Positions 14,057 to 28,012 of a stretch of 64,000 nt of DNA are shown piece by piece. The translations under genes were made by a program, and so were the position numbers. The notes beneath the pieces were generated by a model that saw nothing but the letters and a program-made list of their open reading frames with translations, ran no database searches and was not told the origin of the DNA. Each line of letters opens with the position of its first letter. The stretch's first letter is position 1. The stretch is from Tubiluchus corallicola (lineage: Eukaryota; Animalia; Priapulida): NCBI GenBank assembly GCA_030141605.1, contig JAQGDQ010000142.1, forward strand, positions 124,001 to 188,000, read 5' to 3'.

Positions 14057-15020
14057 TCACTACACTAGATAACTTTTCACTGCACTTAGTGTAGACTTCA
14101 CTACACTTCATTACACTGCACTGCACTTCACTACACTATGCTAAACTACACTACACTATACTACTCTATGCTTCACTACGCTGCATTGTGCTACGCTGCA
14201 CTGTGCTATGCTACGCTACGCTACACTACACTACACTACACTACACTACACTACACTACACTACACTACACTACACTACACTACACTACACTACACTACA
14301 CTACACTACACTACACTACACTACGCTACACTACACTACACTACGCTACACTACACTACACTACACTCACTACACTACACTACACTACACTACACTATAC
14401 CACACTACACTACACTATGCTTCACTACGCTCCACTACGCTATGCTACACTATATGCCACTACTCTACACTGCACCAGACTATACTACACTACACTGCGC
14501 TACACTATACTAAACTAAACTACACTATGCTACACTCATTTCACTACACTCCGCTATGATACACTGCACTTCACAGTGCTAAACTGCACTACATTACACT
14601 ACACTATACTACACTGCACTACTCTACACTATATTACACTGCACTGCACTGCACTGCACTACATAACACTACACTGCAATGTACTGAACTACACTACATT
14701 GCACTGCTCTGCAATTCACTACATTGCTTTACAATGTCAAAAGTCATGATTTTTAGAATCTCGGGCACTGAAAATTTCGCGTTGTCGTTTTGATGCGTAA
14801 TATGAAGTGTGATATAGTGTAGGACTGTAATATGTACATGTACATCGTATTGTATATAGTACATCGTTTTTATATCGTGATTGCGCTACATTGCACTACA
14901 CTCTACTACACCGCACTGCCCAGCATTACATTGCACCGCACCACACTATACTTAAACGAAACTACTTTATACTATACAACGACACTATACTGCACCACAT
15001 TGCACTGCAGTACACTATGC
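14057..15020. repeat. (ACACT)n pentanucleotide array with degenerate flanks
   Basis: Nearly pure at 14221-14400, degenerate to 14720 and again at 14880-15020. Source of the YTTLH ORFs. Confidence 0.95.
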
Positions 15021-17527
15021 TATACTTTTCATATCGTTCATATAAAAAGATTTTAAAAGTATTTAAGCTTTTTGAAAACGATTTTTCTATACACAAGTCT
15101 TTATCTTTGTCATCAATGTTTTTCTTTGCAAGTTTTCCACAGCTTATAGTATCGTTATTAATGTTTACGAGTCATCTCATATTGACAGATGCTCTCTTTT
15201 AAGAGTGCAGTATTTCCGACTCTTAAATTATAGAGGTGAAATTACTACGTGTGCGTGACTTGTCTTATTTCCCGTGGGGTTGTATTAGCTGCACTAGTGA
15301 CTATTACCCGGAGAGTGTGGACGGTCTTTCCTGCTAGCCCAATATGTCAATGACAAACCATTAGGATGATACGGTACTAAGTCTATTGATGCTGGCAAAC
15401 TCAAACAACTGTAATAATTATTGATCTTTTCTGAGTTCTGCTCAATTAGCTGCATTGTGGCCGACACACATATCGGACAGTTCAAGAGTTATGGTTAAGA
15501 TAGGTTAGAAAGGATGGCCACTGCTCTGTGGATGTCATGATTTCTATAAGAAGTGTGAGTGTAACCTTATCATGGTAGATATGCAAGCAAATCTACTTAA
15601 CAGGTCGAGTAGGCCTAGAATGTTAAGAAACGTTTTGAATGAATTGAAGTTAACACGTTGCAATCGTAAGTAAACGAAATACGTTTGACAGCCTAAAAAA
15701 TTTTGACTCGACGTTGTCTTGAATCATTATCATTCGCATTCTGAGCAACTATGTTAACTTGGTATGCGTGTATTTAAATGCAACGCAACACAACACACCA
15801 CAACACAACAGAACACAATACAACACAATACAATACAAAATAATACAATCAATTAAAATATTGCAATAAAGAAATATTTCAAATGCAAACAGGTATACAG
15901 AATGTAGAAATCATCATCATCATCAGTGGCAGCGGCTGTAGCAGCAGCAATATGATAACCAATATGTAAAATGACTATAGGCACCATTTCATCATCCCCT
16001 TCCTCAAGCCAATAATTCTGCGTGAAAATTCAGGCGAATAGAATAGGGTAATCGTTGGTTGAATCAAATTTTAATAAACTTTTATGGATTTCATCATCTA
16101 GTTATTGCCCTGCATGAAATCTTTCGTTGAATTGTCTTGTGCTGTGGAAATATTGGACGTTAGCACCAATAAAATATTTAAGCAGGAAGCAGTATATCAC
16201 GTTGCATACTTATGTGCACTGTAGTATGCATATAATCACTCTTCTTTAGTTATTATGTCATATATCTGTCCTGTTCAATTGCGTTCATCTCGTTTTAATG
16301 GCTATCGACGTAGAAGATTTGTTGGTGTTTCATACTTGGATTGAACTCCATATAAAATCTCTACGTACAAAACCTGTGGGGTTGTTGGTTTATATCCTTT
16401 TTCCAGTTGACTTCAAATATTGCAGTTATTTCCAAGATGTGTTTTTAGTACTGTAGGCGATGTCACCATTCTAGCTGAGTATGATAACGCCAAAAACAAG
16501 GAGCTATTAATGAGTGACTAACAAAAGCCCAACTAGTTTCTTGAAAGAAAAACTTACAAAGTTCTGAATGAAACACAGAACAGGTCAGTTTTATCTGTGC
16601 ATTGTGCAGTCATTACTATATTACTACCCACTACTATGTTCGTTGCTAATAAGTAAATAGCTGTTTCTTGCAGCATGTAGGATTTTATGGGCATTACGTT
16701 TTCATATTAAACTAAACCGAGTCTTAAATATCTCAGGCTATTTATCGTAGTCGGCGATGCAGGGCGTAATGGAGGTCGTATCCTTTCCTGCCAACACCCA
16801 GGTATATCGCTTTTCTATGAAAAGAATAAAAGCCTGCTTTAAGGCAGCGGATTCATCCAACTTTATTTTAGCGACCTTGTACAGCTACTGCAACAGTGCT
16901 AATGCCTATACTTTACCAGATTAGACAATTTCAAGCAGTTGTCGAATAGTGATAATCTTCTAACGCTCTTCGTAAACAGCCTAGCTCTTTTGTCGCTACC
17001 TGCGTGCAGTAGGTCATATCAACTCACGGTGGTCTGCCTAAGAACTCCAACAATCATTAGGAAAGATGGCTTAATGCATTGAAGGCGAAAGGATTGGAAA
17101 CGTCATCTCAACAATTGAGAAGACCTTTTTATATTTTGCTTCACAAGCCTCACAGAAGATATCTAGTTATTCTTTTAGCTGGTTAATGGATCCGCGTCTG
17201 TTTTTTTCGTAGTGGCAATGACCTTATAGTTTGAGGATGTCCATGCAGTGTATAATAAGTTTGTGGGTGTGGAAAGAAGTGATTTTACAAGTTGTTTAAT
17301 CACGCAGAAATGCTTCTGTATAGGATGTTGGACGAAGTTATTAACTTGAGAATCACGGGCTAATGCATTGCGGTTTATTGATTCTTAACATTTTTGGTGT
17401 GGGGTTGGGAGTAGATAGCAACATCCTCCAGGTTTTTGTGGAGTTATCACATAATCTATGTACTTTAAAAGGCTTGAAATAAATGATGGCTATATAACTG
17501 TTATGACAAAGACCTGCCTTAGTAAAG

Positions 17528-17569
17528 ATGCCTTTTGAGTGTATTAACAAAGTTGATAAGTTGGCCACG
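17528..17569 (+). CDS. Candidate alternative first coding exon (MPFECINKVDKLAT), phase 0
   Basis: aaagATG, 14 codons, donor ACG|gtatgt; phase 0 fits 34768. Confidence 0.38.
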
Positions 17570-18179
17570 GTATGTAAACTGTTACTTTACGTCAATTATT
17601 TGGATTTAAAGCAAATAGTAGTCAAAAGTGATGACATTACTAGTGATGACATCACAACTGAATATAATTTCCAGCAGCACAATTATCCCGTGAGCGTGTT
17701 GCACGTGTTTGAAAAAGCGAAAATTGAAGTACAGTGCTACTGTACAACACTCAGTGTGATATACAAAAACTTAGCAAATTTTGAGTTTAAAAATGAAATT
17801 TTAAGTTTCTGAACCTCTGTGTTCATGCATGTACTACGTCACAACTGAACACTTCTTAACTGAGAGGTACAGCACCTGTTTTTTTGTGCAACGCGTTTCC
17901 GAGGTGCATCTGCAGGCACTAGTATCCATCTACATGTAATTAGCGAATAGCGAAATGCATGTAACAGTGAAGAACTAGCCGCGCGAACGCGAAATTACCA
18001 TTCTGAGGTAATAATTCTTCCACATAAGCCATACTTGAATAATAGTGTGCCCCTTTCAATGTTTTATGGGATATTACCTTAGGCCTTCATCCATTTAAAA
18101 GTTTAACGACATAAACAATGTTTTTGTAAAAGTCTTTCCTACAAATAGAGGGATTGTAAATAACTTTTTTCATATAAAG

Positions 18180-18441
<262 letters not shown>

Positions 18442-21400
18442 ATATAGGTTAGATTATTTTGAGTTATGAGCTTTGGGGTAGGATATGAAAGACCTCCCGG
18501 TTTTCCTCTAAGTTTCAATCAGTTAGGAAAATTGGCTGAGGTGTGTCAAAAAAGAAGAATTAAATTTGAATGCTGAACTAAGTATATGTAAGGTAAACTG
18601 GCAAAGATGGCTTTATATTTTATGCTATTGATTATAATATGTTTAACGCCTGAAGAGATATAATCAGGTTGCTTGGAGTATTATACTTATTACACAAGAA
18701 TGACGAGGACACGGGAATGGAATGTAAACGTCTTTGAACCACTTTTGGAAAAAACATTCCAATATAATGTGTAGTTATCTGTATTACCACTCTCGTTCTG
18801 CAAATTGCTTCGCATTGAAAAGTAGGATATTTTGATGTTAAATGGTTCATAATAGGTTTTAAATTGTAAATAGGACTGGAACGCTCTTGGGAAACTTCAG
18901 AACCTCCAGCTGATCTAATAAATGTTAGCTGTCCGGTAGAAGCATTAATTGTCCTATCCCCGGAGCCCTTGCCCTAACTGGATTTTGCTGCAAGAATTTC
19001 GCAAGTACATGTATGAGCTTTGACCCGTCTTTGTGGAGCTGTAAACCGTTTTACTGTTTTGTTTTATGGGCATTAGTGTTTTTGCCCGGGCTTGCTTTTA
19101 CACAAATCGCATTATTGACTAGCGAATTAGCGGCTTGTGAGCTGGCTGATCCCTGAGCTTTTGCTAAATGTAGGTACCCAAGCTAAAATTCTTACTCAGT
19201 AAATCAGCACAGTGGCATTAACAAAATCGATCATTATACGTTCGTTATCTAGTTGCTCTCCATCCTTTCGCTTAAAAATCAAAAGGCACTCTTATCTGTT
19301 GTTTTGTACACGGTAAGACTATTTTGCACACACGGCTATAATATTGCCGTTTGAATGTAGAACATCAAACAGAAAGTAGAGTCTTGGTTTTTAGTATTAC
19401 GTACGAGCGAAATAGCATAGACTGATTTTGTTGAGAGACAGTGAACTTAAAGAAGAGCATGAGAAGCAATTTATTTTATTTGTCATATTTTATTATTACT
19501 TGCTCTATCTTAGTACAAGTTGTATATTTATAAAACTCTCGTGTAGGTGTTGAAATGTAGGTCACGCGCTGAAAGAATTTTAAGCAGGTATCATGTTAAT
19601 TAATTCACATTTTTGGTTTTGATTGATCTGGGTACCAAAACATCATACAAGAACTTGGCCGCAGAGAAGGGTTCATGTAAAATATGTATAATTTGTTTTA
19701 GATTATAATTACTGAATGCGCGATCTGGGTGATGCAGATGTTTTGGAATTTGCTAACTTGTGCGTTTTATAATCGGCCTGGATGTCTTGTTATACATTTC
19801 ATCTAAGTTCAGTATAGCCTGGATTAATATACGTTCAAATTTAATCACACCAAATCATATTTATTATGATTAAATTACAGTTCACATCAATACTTATACA
19901 ACTTATCTAATCATGTGTGTACACTATTCATATACGTATGTATAATAAAAGAAAACTTATTAGTAAGTGTTGTGTTATTGATGATGGTTTTTGGTTATAG
20001 CTGAATCACTTGACATTTTTGAATTGTTATGTTCGTATTCATGTGTTCACTTCTGTAATGTTGGTTATACTTAATGTTGCAATCTAGCTCTTTTTTGTTA
20101 ATTGGATGGATTCATGGATGTTTTGCGTACACGTTCCTGTGAACGCAGTACGCAAAATGCACCACACTAACCAAAGGTGGTTGGAGATTCTTCTTTAAGC
20201 CTTTTTAAGCGTTAAATTTGGCTAAATGAAATTTTCCATGGTCGAAATAACACGCACACTAGATATATAGCCTGTATATTAGGTCTATAAGCGATTGTAC
20301 TTTTTCATCTGTTTAAGTCTGCACGTACAAGATAGTCTTGACTGAATCACATGGTATCCAATATAAGTAAAAATGATCAAAATCGTGGTTTTGTTTGTCT
20401 CAGTTGTTTATTAGTGTAATCCTTGACTGCCTTTAGCGAGGTGAACATTCCTTAATATTCATACCTAGTTTGTCTCTAGTTCTAAGTCGAGTAATATTTG
20501 TTGTTCGTCTAGGTCATAGTAACGTCCTGAGGCAAGAAATCCGTATCATAAACCCATGAAACATTGAATTTCTCATGTGAATTGTTTCTTATGCGGATCA
20601 TTATATAAGCTTCGTCAGGTATTGCTGTATAGGGTCTAGGTGACTCCCATCGTATCTGGCTGAATAGTAGTGTTATTACTGCTGTAGCTCACTGATAAAA
20701 TGACTGACAATTGTTTTTAAGAATACACATATTTTATTGGGTGATTTCACTGGTTTACTGACACTAACAGTTAAACTATCTAAAACTTCTATTACTTTAA
20801 ATATAGCATATAATTTGAGTTATGATGAATTTATTTAAAATCATCCACATAACTTCCAATACGTTTCGGTAGTCATAGAGTATCATCAGCTGAGTAGAAT
20901 TGAATCTCAAATTTAAAATGTAAAACTCAAGAATAGAATAATTTTATAAACAACTTAAATTTACTTAAACTATTGCCTTATAAATTTTACATTTGTTAAA
21001 TACAAAAGTTGATTTGAGTAAATTAATATAAACTACTGAATAAAATAACGCAGATTCATTTTTTGACTAATTATATCCATGTAAGCTTCAGCTTTTGTAA
21101 TTATTGGCAACTTGTTATTGGATACCGAAGGTAAAATTGTTAGGCCTACATATACATTTCTTTTGCAAAAGTAAATGCGAAAATAACTAAATAATTCGTA
21201 ACCTACACAGCAGCTTCAAATGTTGAGAAAAATTTCTTGAGAAACTTCTTGAAAATCATCTGAATAATATATATGTATGTTTTATATATGGTGTATGTAA
21301 TTAGTAGATTTTTTTGAGGTTGGTCGAATTAGTGAACTTGTTTTGTCCATTGTTGCATTTATCACTTGTACCGTAGGATACGTTACATTAGGCTCGTTCA

Positions 21401-22632
21401 TAAAATTTTTGACGCAGTGCGATGTGGAGCGGTTTTGTTGGTGATTAAGTCGACAAACAAGCAATGTCTTGATTTGTACATCGGAATCTGGTAGAGTTTA
21501 ATGCTATTTTTGAAATATTTTTAAATCAGGCTAGTAGGTCTATTTTAGACCGTCACAGAATTTGAACTTGCCAACATCTGATTCACTGGAATTCCAGCTG
21601 CGTCATGCACGATTGCTTTTAATAAGACGATAAAATATCATATTTGGGCCTGAGTTTTCGATGTATGATATTAAATTTTGTATTCAGTATTTTGTTAGCA
21701 TTCTGCCTAAGCTATGTAAAAAAAGCAATATCAAGATTTGAAGTTCATCAGTGATGTATCATTTACGACAACTGTGTTAATATAGTTTGCATATATTTTA
21801 GAATAGGTGAACTAATGTAGAACTACAGTTATGAATGGAATTTGGAGATATCACCCTGTATTATACGCTGGATTTTACTCTTCTGCACGAATGTCTAGCT
21901 TAAGCGGAATCTGATACTAAAACTTGGAATAAAGAAATGTTGCTTGCTTTCTTTTTTGGCTAGGTCATTTACCCCAAATGCTGTTTTTATGCAGGTGATG
22001 CTCAAGTTCCTTTTTCCACGCGCTATAATGTACCGACAGCACACCTGTATCGCTGCGGGTAACATCAAAGCCAGGCGATCGTAATTAATAACGTATGTAA
22101 ATTAAACGTAAATTACCACCGCAACCATAACAAACTCTAATGAAAGCACTCAAAGCAAGGTGCAGTGCAGTAGCTATTATAGCCGAGGGACGCTTGACAG
22201 TCATCCCAGCTGAGTTTTCTCCTCTCTTCCTGGTTCACGCCTTTGAGTAACACAGAGTTAAAAAAGTCACTAGATAAGAAAACTAGATAGGCGCACCAGA
22301 AAAATCTTGTCAGATATATGTACGCAATTCAAAGTTCTTTATCAATTATCTGAGTCTAGGCAAATTTAGATTTTACAGTAGCACAAGTAGGCGAGGCCGA
22401 GCGAAAGTAAAGTGTAAGTGGGCCATTAGTTACGAAACGGATTACATTACACAACTTTAAGACATATATATACAACGTTAAGCAATTACTGAGTAAGGTT
22501 CTTAGATGTTACAGACTATGAAGTTAGCACTAGAATCCAGAGCGAGTACTTTTATATTGAGAACATAAGTGCGTTTCCGATCGAAACAGATTAGGAGTGT
22601 AATAAATTTGGCGACCATTATTACTTCGCAAG

Positions 22633-22689
22633 ATGGTGGGTCGGGCTCAACAAGTCACAACAACAGCATATAGCGTGCCTTTTTCGTTC
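22633..22689 (+). CDS. Candidate alternative first coding exon (MVGRAQQVTTTAYSVPFSF), phase 0
   Basis: gcaagATGG context, 19 codons, donor TTC|gtaaga followed by a drop to AT-rich sequence; phase 0 fits 34768. Confidence 0.42.
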
Positions 22690-25044
22690 GTAAGATATAT
22701 TATTTTTACTTAAAAAGAGCTTTTATTGTGGTTATGTTGTACATTTACTTATAAATTGAGTCTGAAAAGGTGTTTGTAATTACCTTTGGGAAATATTTGA
22801 TTTCTGTGTGCAAGAACTGCTCAGTAAACGTGAAGCAAAGTGTTTATTAGATAGAGGCATGGCGACAGACTTACCAAAAATAGCGCTTCACGAAAATCGT
22901 TGATTTTGTTGTTTCTGTTTTTAAACTCAATCAGTATTTACCCTCTTTAAATTTATGGGATGTTCTTAAACGAACTCCTCATGGAAGCAGCTGCAGAACT
23001 CAAAAGGGCGGTTTAATCAGTTTTCATGGAAATTTATTTAATTATTCTGAGGGAAGAGCAAACACCAACTGAATCAGGATTGATGGTAGACTGAAAATTG
23101 TAGGGAAACTGAGTTACGTCATCTCGAGATCTTGAAGATGGTGAAAGTAAATTGTGTTTGCAAGAAGCTTGCTAGGCTAGGTCAAAAAATAACCGGCAGC
23201 GTAACTGCATAAGATGGAATATTCTGGTCAACCTTATTCTCGGGGAAGAGGTTTACGTTCCGGTGGAAGTCGTGTTCGTGGATTTATACCGAATGTTTAC
23301 CAAGTTTCTATCCAAAATAATGCGTTGGTTAAATGCTTGATTTTATTAATTATTTTATACGTCCTTTGTTATTTATAAAAATTTGCTAAAATAGCAAGAG
23401 GAACAACATGTCAAGTTGAGTCCGCGTTTCATGAGAATTTTGGTGGCATCAAACTTGGCTTCATACGTTTACTGCTGGAAAGTCACTAGTAAACCTGAAA
23501 GTGAGCACCACTTGTTTTTCAAACAAGCCAAGCCACTAGTTTACGTGTTCTTAGCCATTCGATATTAGACACATTTCGGTGGCAACAGAAACACTCCTCA
23601 TCCGTTGTTCTAGAGTGGGGCGGTCTCACAGCTTGGTCATCTGCTTTTAGTGTAACCCCACAAAAGGACGTTGCATGGTGTATGGTCTGTTGAGTATATG
23701 CGCTTTAACACTCCTGTTCTAGATCAGCACGATAGCAGAAGAAAATGGCATAAAATTGCAAATATAGACTAAAAACTACTTAATAAGTTTGCCGTAAGAT
23801 GAACGTCGTGTTAGTTGCTTAGTGAATTCAGTGAAATGAATCGTTCAATTGAAAAGTGAGTGAGAGGGAAATTAGTGAGTGACTTACGAGTATAGAATAT
23901 TAGAGATTTTACTGCTGGGTTTGCATATTTTCTGTAAGTTTTTTGCAATTAGCCTGTACAGTTTGTACCGAATCCAGCAAAAACTTTCGAATGGAAGCTG
24001 TTTACTTGTCGAGGTTCAGAGGAGAATCTACACAATAATTACCCTGTAGTAGATCTACCTGTAGTTGATTATCAGTTGATAATACTACAGGATGGTGTAC
24101 TTCTTACACTCAAAATAATAAAAGAACACCTGTTACCGACAAGCTATACTCCAAACAGAAGGAACCAGACGCTTCAGATAATGAACGTTTATTGCAGGTA
24201 GACTGAATGAAATGATGAAAATCATGAAATTGAGTTCGAATAGGTAGGAAATGTTTAAGTTATTGCCATTTTAGAAATTATATATCACCACTTACACTTC
24301 ATTTCACGCCATTCGACTAATGTGTTCACATTTTTGTCTAATTTTTTTCACAAATATATTGATGCTAACTTTAGATTAAATTGCTTTAGATAAGAGTATC
24401 TAAGAATACTTTTAGCTTAAAAAATATTGTACCGTACTTCTTGGTTTTTAGACTTTATTTGCATTATTTCTGGTCGACCTGTCTCTGCAATAATCCTACG
24501 TCATTGTTTCTTTGTGTCCAACGTTTTTTTGCGTTCACCAATTCACGTGATCATTGATCAGTCGAAAAACATTTTAAATAATGTTAAATATAGGGTACAT
24601 ACAATTGTTTGTTTGGGGTGATGAGTTCATGTATTTGAATAGTTGAATTATGAATAGAGGGATAAACTGAACACGTGTCTGCTAACAATAAGAACGTGTC
24701 TGTAAAGATTATAGGAAGAGCTTGTCTGATCAATATTATAGGGATTTAACGGTTATATACTTAAATCGCAGACATGCAAGCATTCCATCCATATTTGTAA
24801 ACCAAAATCTTTCGTTATTGGAGCATAATAATTAGAAGTAGCAAGATTATGTTCTAATATGTTTGCATAATGGAACAGTGCTTTCTTTGTGCAAGTTTGA
24901 TTTATCATTTGTGCTCTTCGAATTACTATGCGTAAACCACAATTAAGGGTCTAATAAGGATTGCAATGAGTAATTCGAATTCATATGATTACTTCGCACT
25001 GTCTGAGATATCTTTGTGTTTCATTTATTACAATTTCAGTGGCT

Positions 25045-25335
25045 CATTTAGCTGAGGTTTTATTGATTTTATTTGATTTTTTATTTTTTTTATTTGATTA
25101 ATACGTAAAATTGATCACTAGATTATTTACGATCACGAAACATTGACTGAGCTGGGTATGTATTTCATTTATTTCAGTTTTACTAGTTCATAAAGTCCAC
25201 AGCATTAACTGAGCTTTAATGTATTTCATTTTATTTCGATTTCACTATATTATTTTCGGAATATTGACTGAGCTTGAGTATGTGTTTAAATTATTTCGAT
25301 TTTAGTTGGCTATTGTGGAGTTTTGACCGAGTTTG
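25045..25335. repeat. Degenerate ~60-bp tandem repeat
   Basis: cattgactgagct...atgtatttcattttatttc recurs at about 25141, 25203 and 25262, with a remnant at 25322. Confidence 0.7.
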
Positions 25336-27720
25336 TTATATCGCTTTTTGCACATTGTTTACAAATTCTTCACAGAAGCTTGGTGAAATTTTGATCCCAT
25401 ACACATAATATATAGATCCATGCAATTTTTGGCTCAGCGGATATCTGTATTTTTCATTCCTTCTTATCGTCAACTGCATGTGTTCAATTTCATGCTTCCA
25501 TGAGGTAGTGGATTTCACATTAGACAGGCTGACTGATTCCATGATCTGACTGACTGACTGATTACCTCTTATACCATTATTTTATTTCCGAAAGACATTC
25601 CCTTTCACTTGTCTTATTTGTTCAAAGTGGGGCATTTCTCAATGATTACAGGTCATTTACGCGGGGCGGATCCATTTCGTGTGTGCAGACGAGTGATTAT
25701 TTCGAACTCAAGTTTCGATAAGTTTTGAGTTGTTTGCCAAAACACGATTTGCTGGGTAAGATTTGATAGACGGAGAAACAATTTTGCGATTCCTTGCCAT
25801 GTCCAAAGCCGGCATTTTGAGTTGTGTTTCGGTTAAATCCAAAGCATTCATCTGGCTAAATGTAAAAAATAAATAGAGCAGATTTTCATTCAGTTTTTTG
25901 CGTTTATAAATTAATGAAAGGATGCATTTCAGCACAAAATACAACAAAAATCCGTAAGATGAGCTTTTCTTTATAGTGAAACATCTATGGGCTTACGAAT
26001 CTGCAATAAATGTGCAGACGCATAATATCTTCTGGCTTACTCATCTTTCCGCCAATTTACACAGCTGGAACGCTGTTTTTCTGAAACGGTGACATCAAAA
26101 CAGTGCAATTTCTTGGTTAAATGGCTGAAATGTATCAAATTCTTCCATTGAAGTAACGTTGTGCTTTTTAGCAAACAAATATGATAAAAAGTCTTCATCG
26201 CCAAAACCACTCTATGGCAAAGAATATTCATTATTGCGATTTTTTATATCTGACAGATATCATGTTTTATACCAGTTTCGATATGCGTCTTATGCTAATC
26301 CTTACCTCTTCAATAACAAGGCATTTCTGATCCCTCGTTGGCTTGAAATGCTGATAGTTACAGACGAGCAGACATGAAGAAGTGGGATCATTTAAGGAAA
26401 TTATATTGAGCTGTCTAGACTACATTAACCGCATCATTTATAAGAGTGATTTCCCTTCGATGCTGATTGCGTTGTTGCGTTCATAAATTGTGTAATGTTC
26501 ATGACATGGGATTAACTTCATTGTACTGCACGGTTTAGCGGCGTTATTTTCGTGTAATTTGTTGTAAATCTGCAAGCACGAAATTACTAAAGCGGTTTTT
26601 ATTATAGGCCTAATTAACGTAGGACTTTATGATAGCCAAAGGATAGAGTAGAATTGTCAGAGAGACTACAGGAGAACAGCAACCTTAACCAATGTACACT
26701 TGCATAATTTCTATTGTTATATACATGATTAGTTTGTCATAATTTAAAAATTACGATGCCCTTTACCCAGAGAAATCAATCTATGTTCTTATTCATTTTT
26801 GTGCAGTTGTGATTTGAAATTATGTCTGCAATACTGATTCCCGTGATAAGTTTTATTGATGCTTCTACTGTCTACAGCTTTATAAAAATTATACCTCAGC
26901 AGGGCATTATAATGTCAGGGCTGACTTTATAATGATAACTTCGCAGAAGTGTCTGACAGACTTTTTGTTCAGAGTGACGCCATTTTCAGCCATAAATTTT
27001 AATGCAAGTGGAAATGTAGACAATTTAGTCGCCAAAATTAACGAAAATTGAAGGAAATTGCTGTTAATATGATGTTGCCCGCCTTTGCTGCAGCGGCTAA
27101 TTCACTCATCAATTCACAGTTATAAGTAATTAAGCTAGGTATTCTAAGAAAATTAGTGGTGAAGATATTTTTTCTATTTTTTTTCATTCCAGCCAGTATT
27201 TTTTAAATCAGTGTTGTTGGAAACGACTTGTTCTACAACCTATTATATGGAGTACAAATTACCAGGGGCCTTTAATACTGAATATTGTTTTAAGGAAATT
27301 AATTGCTTTCAAAAGAAAACCGCGTATATTGTTAGAGCAGTTCCTATTGGTGGAATCTTAAAACATGCTATCCTGCCGACACTTGTAGCGTCAAGCTGCA
27401 TTGTGAGCATAAACCTGGTATAATGCTTCTATTTGAAGAAGTTTCACTAAATTCTTAATTAAGTTAACTGGTTAAATAGAGAAGCGTCGGAATTCCCAAT
27501 TTATGCCTCCCCAAAAAAACTGACTTTGTCATTTGTTCAAGACACCATTATTTTCGGCTACCACTAGTCTCATCACCCGTAATGTATAGCCACATCGGCG
27601 TATTTCAGCCGTAATGTAATTAACATATCCCCCACTTCGTCATTAATTTAACATTTGATAGGGCCTAATTCATATCTGTCTCAGTCAAATAAAGGAGGGA
27701 TGCATACATTTTAGCCACAA

Positions 27721-28012
27721 CAATAGACTCTCTTTCACTGGAACTTATAAAGACTTTGTAATATGAATTAACTGTTACACTGTAGACAGTCAATACAGAA
27801 TAGTCCATTAATCATAAATATCGTGTGTATATTGTATATTATAGTCTATATATAATATACAATATATATAATATATCTATATATATATTATATATAATAT
27901 AAATACATATAATATTTATGATTAATTGACTATTCAGTATTGACTGTCTACTGTGTAACAGTTAATTTATATTACAAAGTATTTACAAGTTGCAGTAAAA
28001 GAAAATCTATTG
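27721..28012. repeat. Inverted repeat, ~100-bp arms around a (TA)-rich centre
   Basis: 27721-27821 is the reverse complement of 27912-28012 with scattered mismatches. Confidence 0.92.

Noticed and set aside
14138-14559. Three YTTLH-repeat ORFs
   Set aside because: Translations of the (ACACT)n array, open in all frames.
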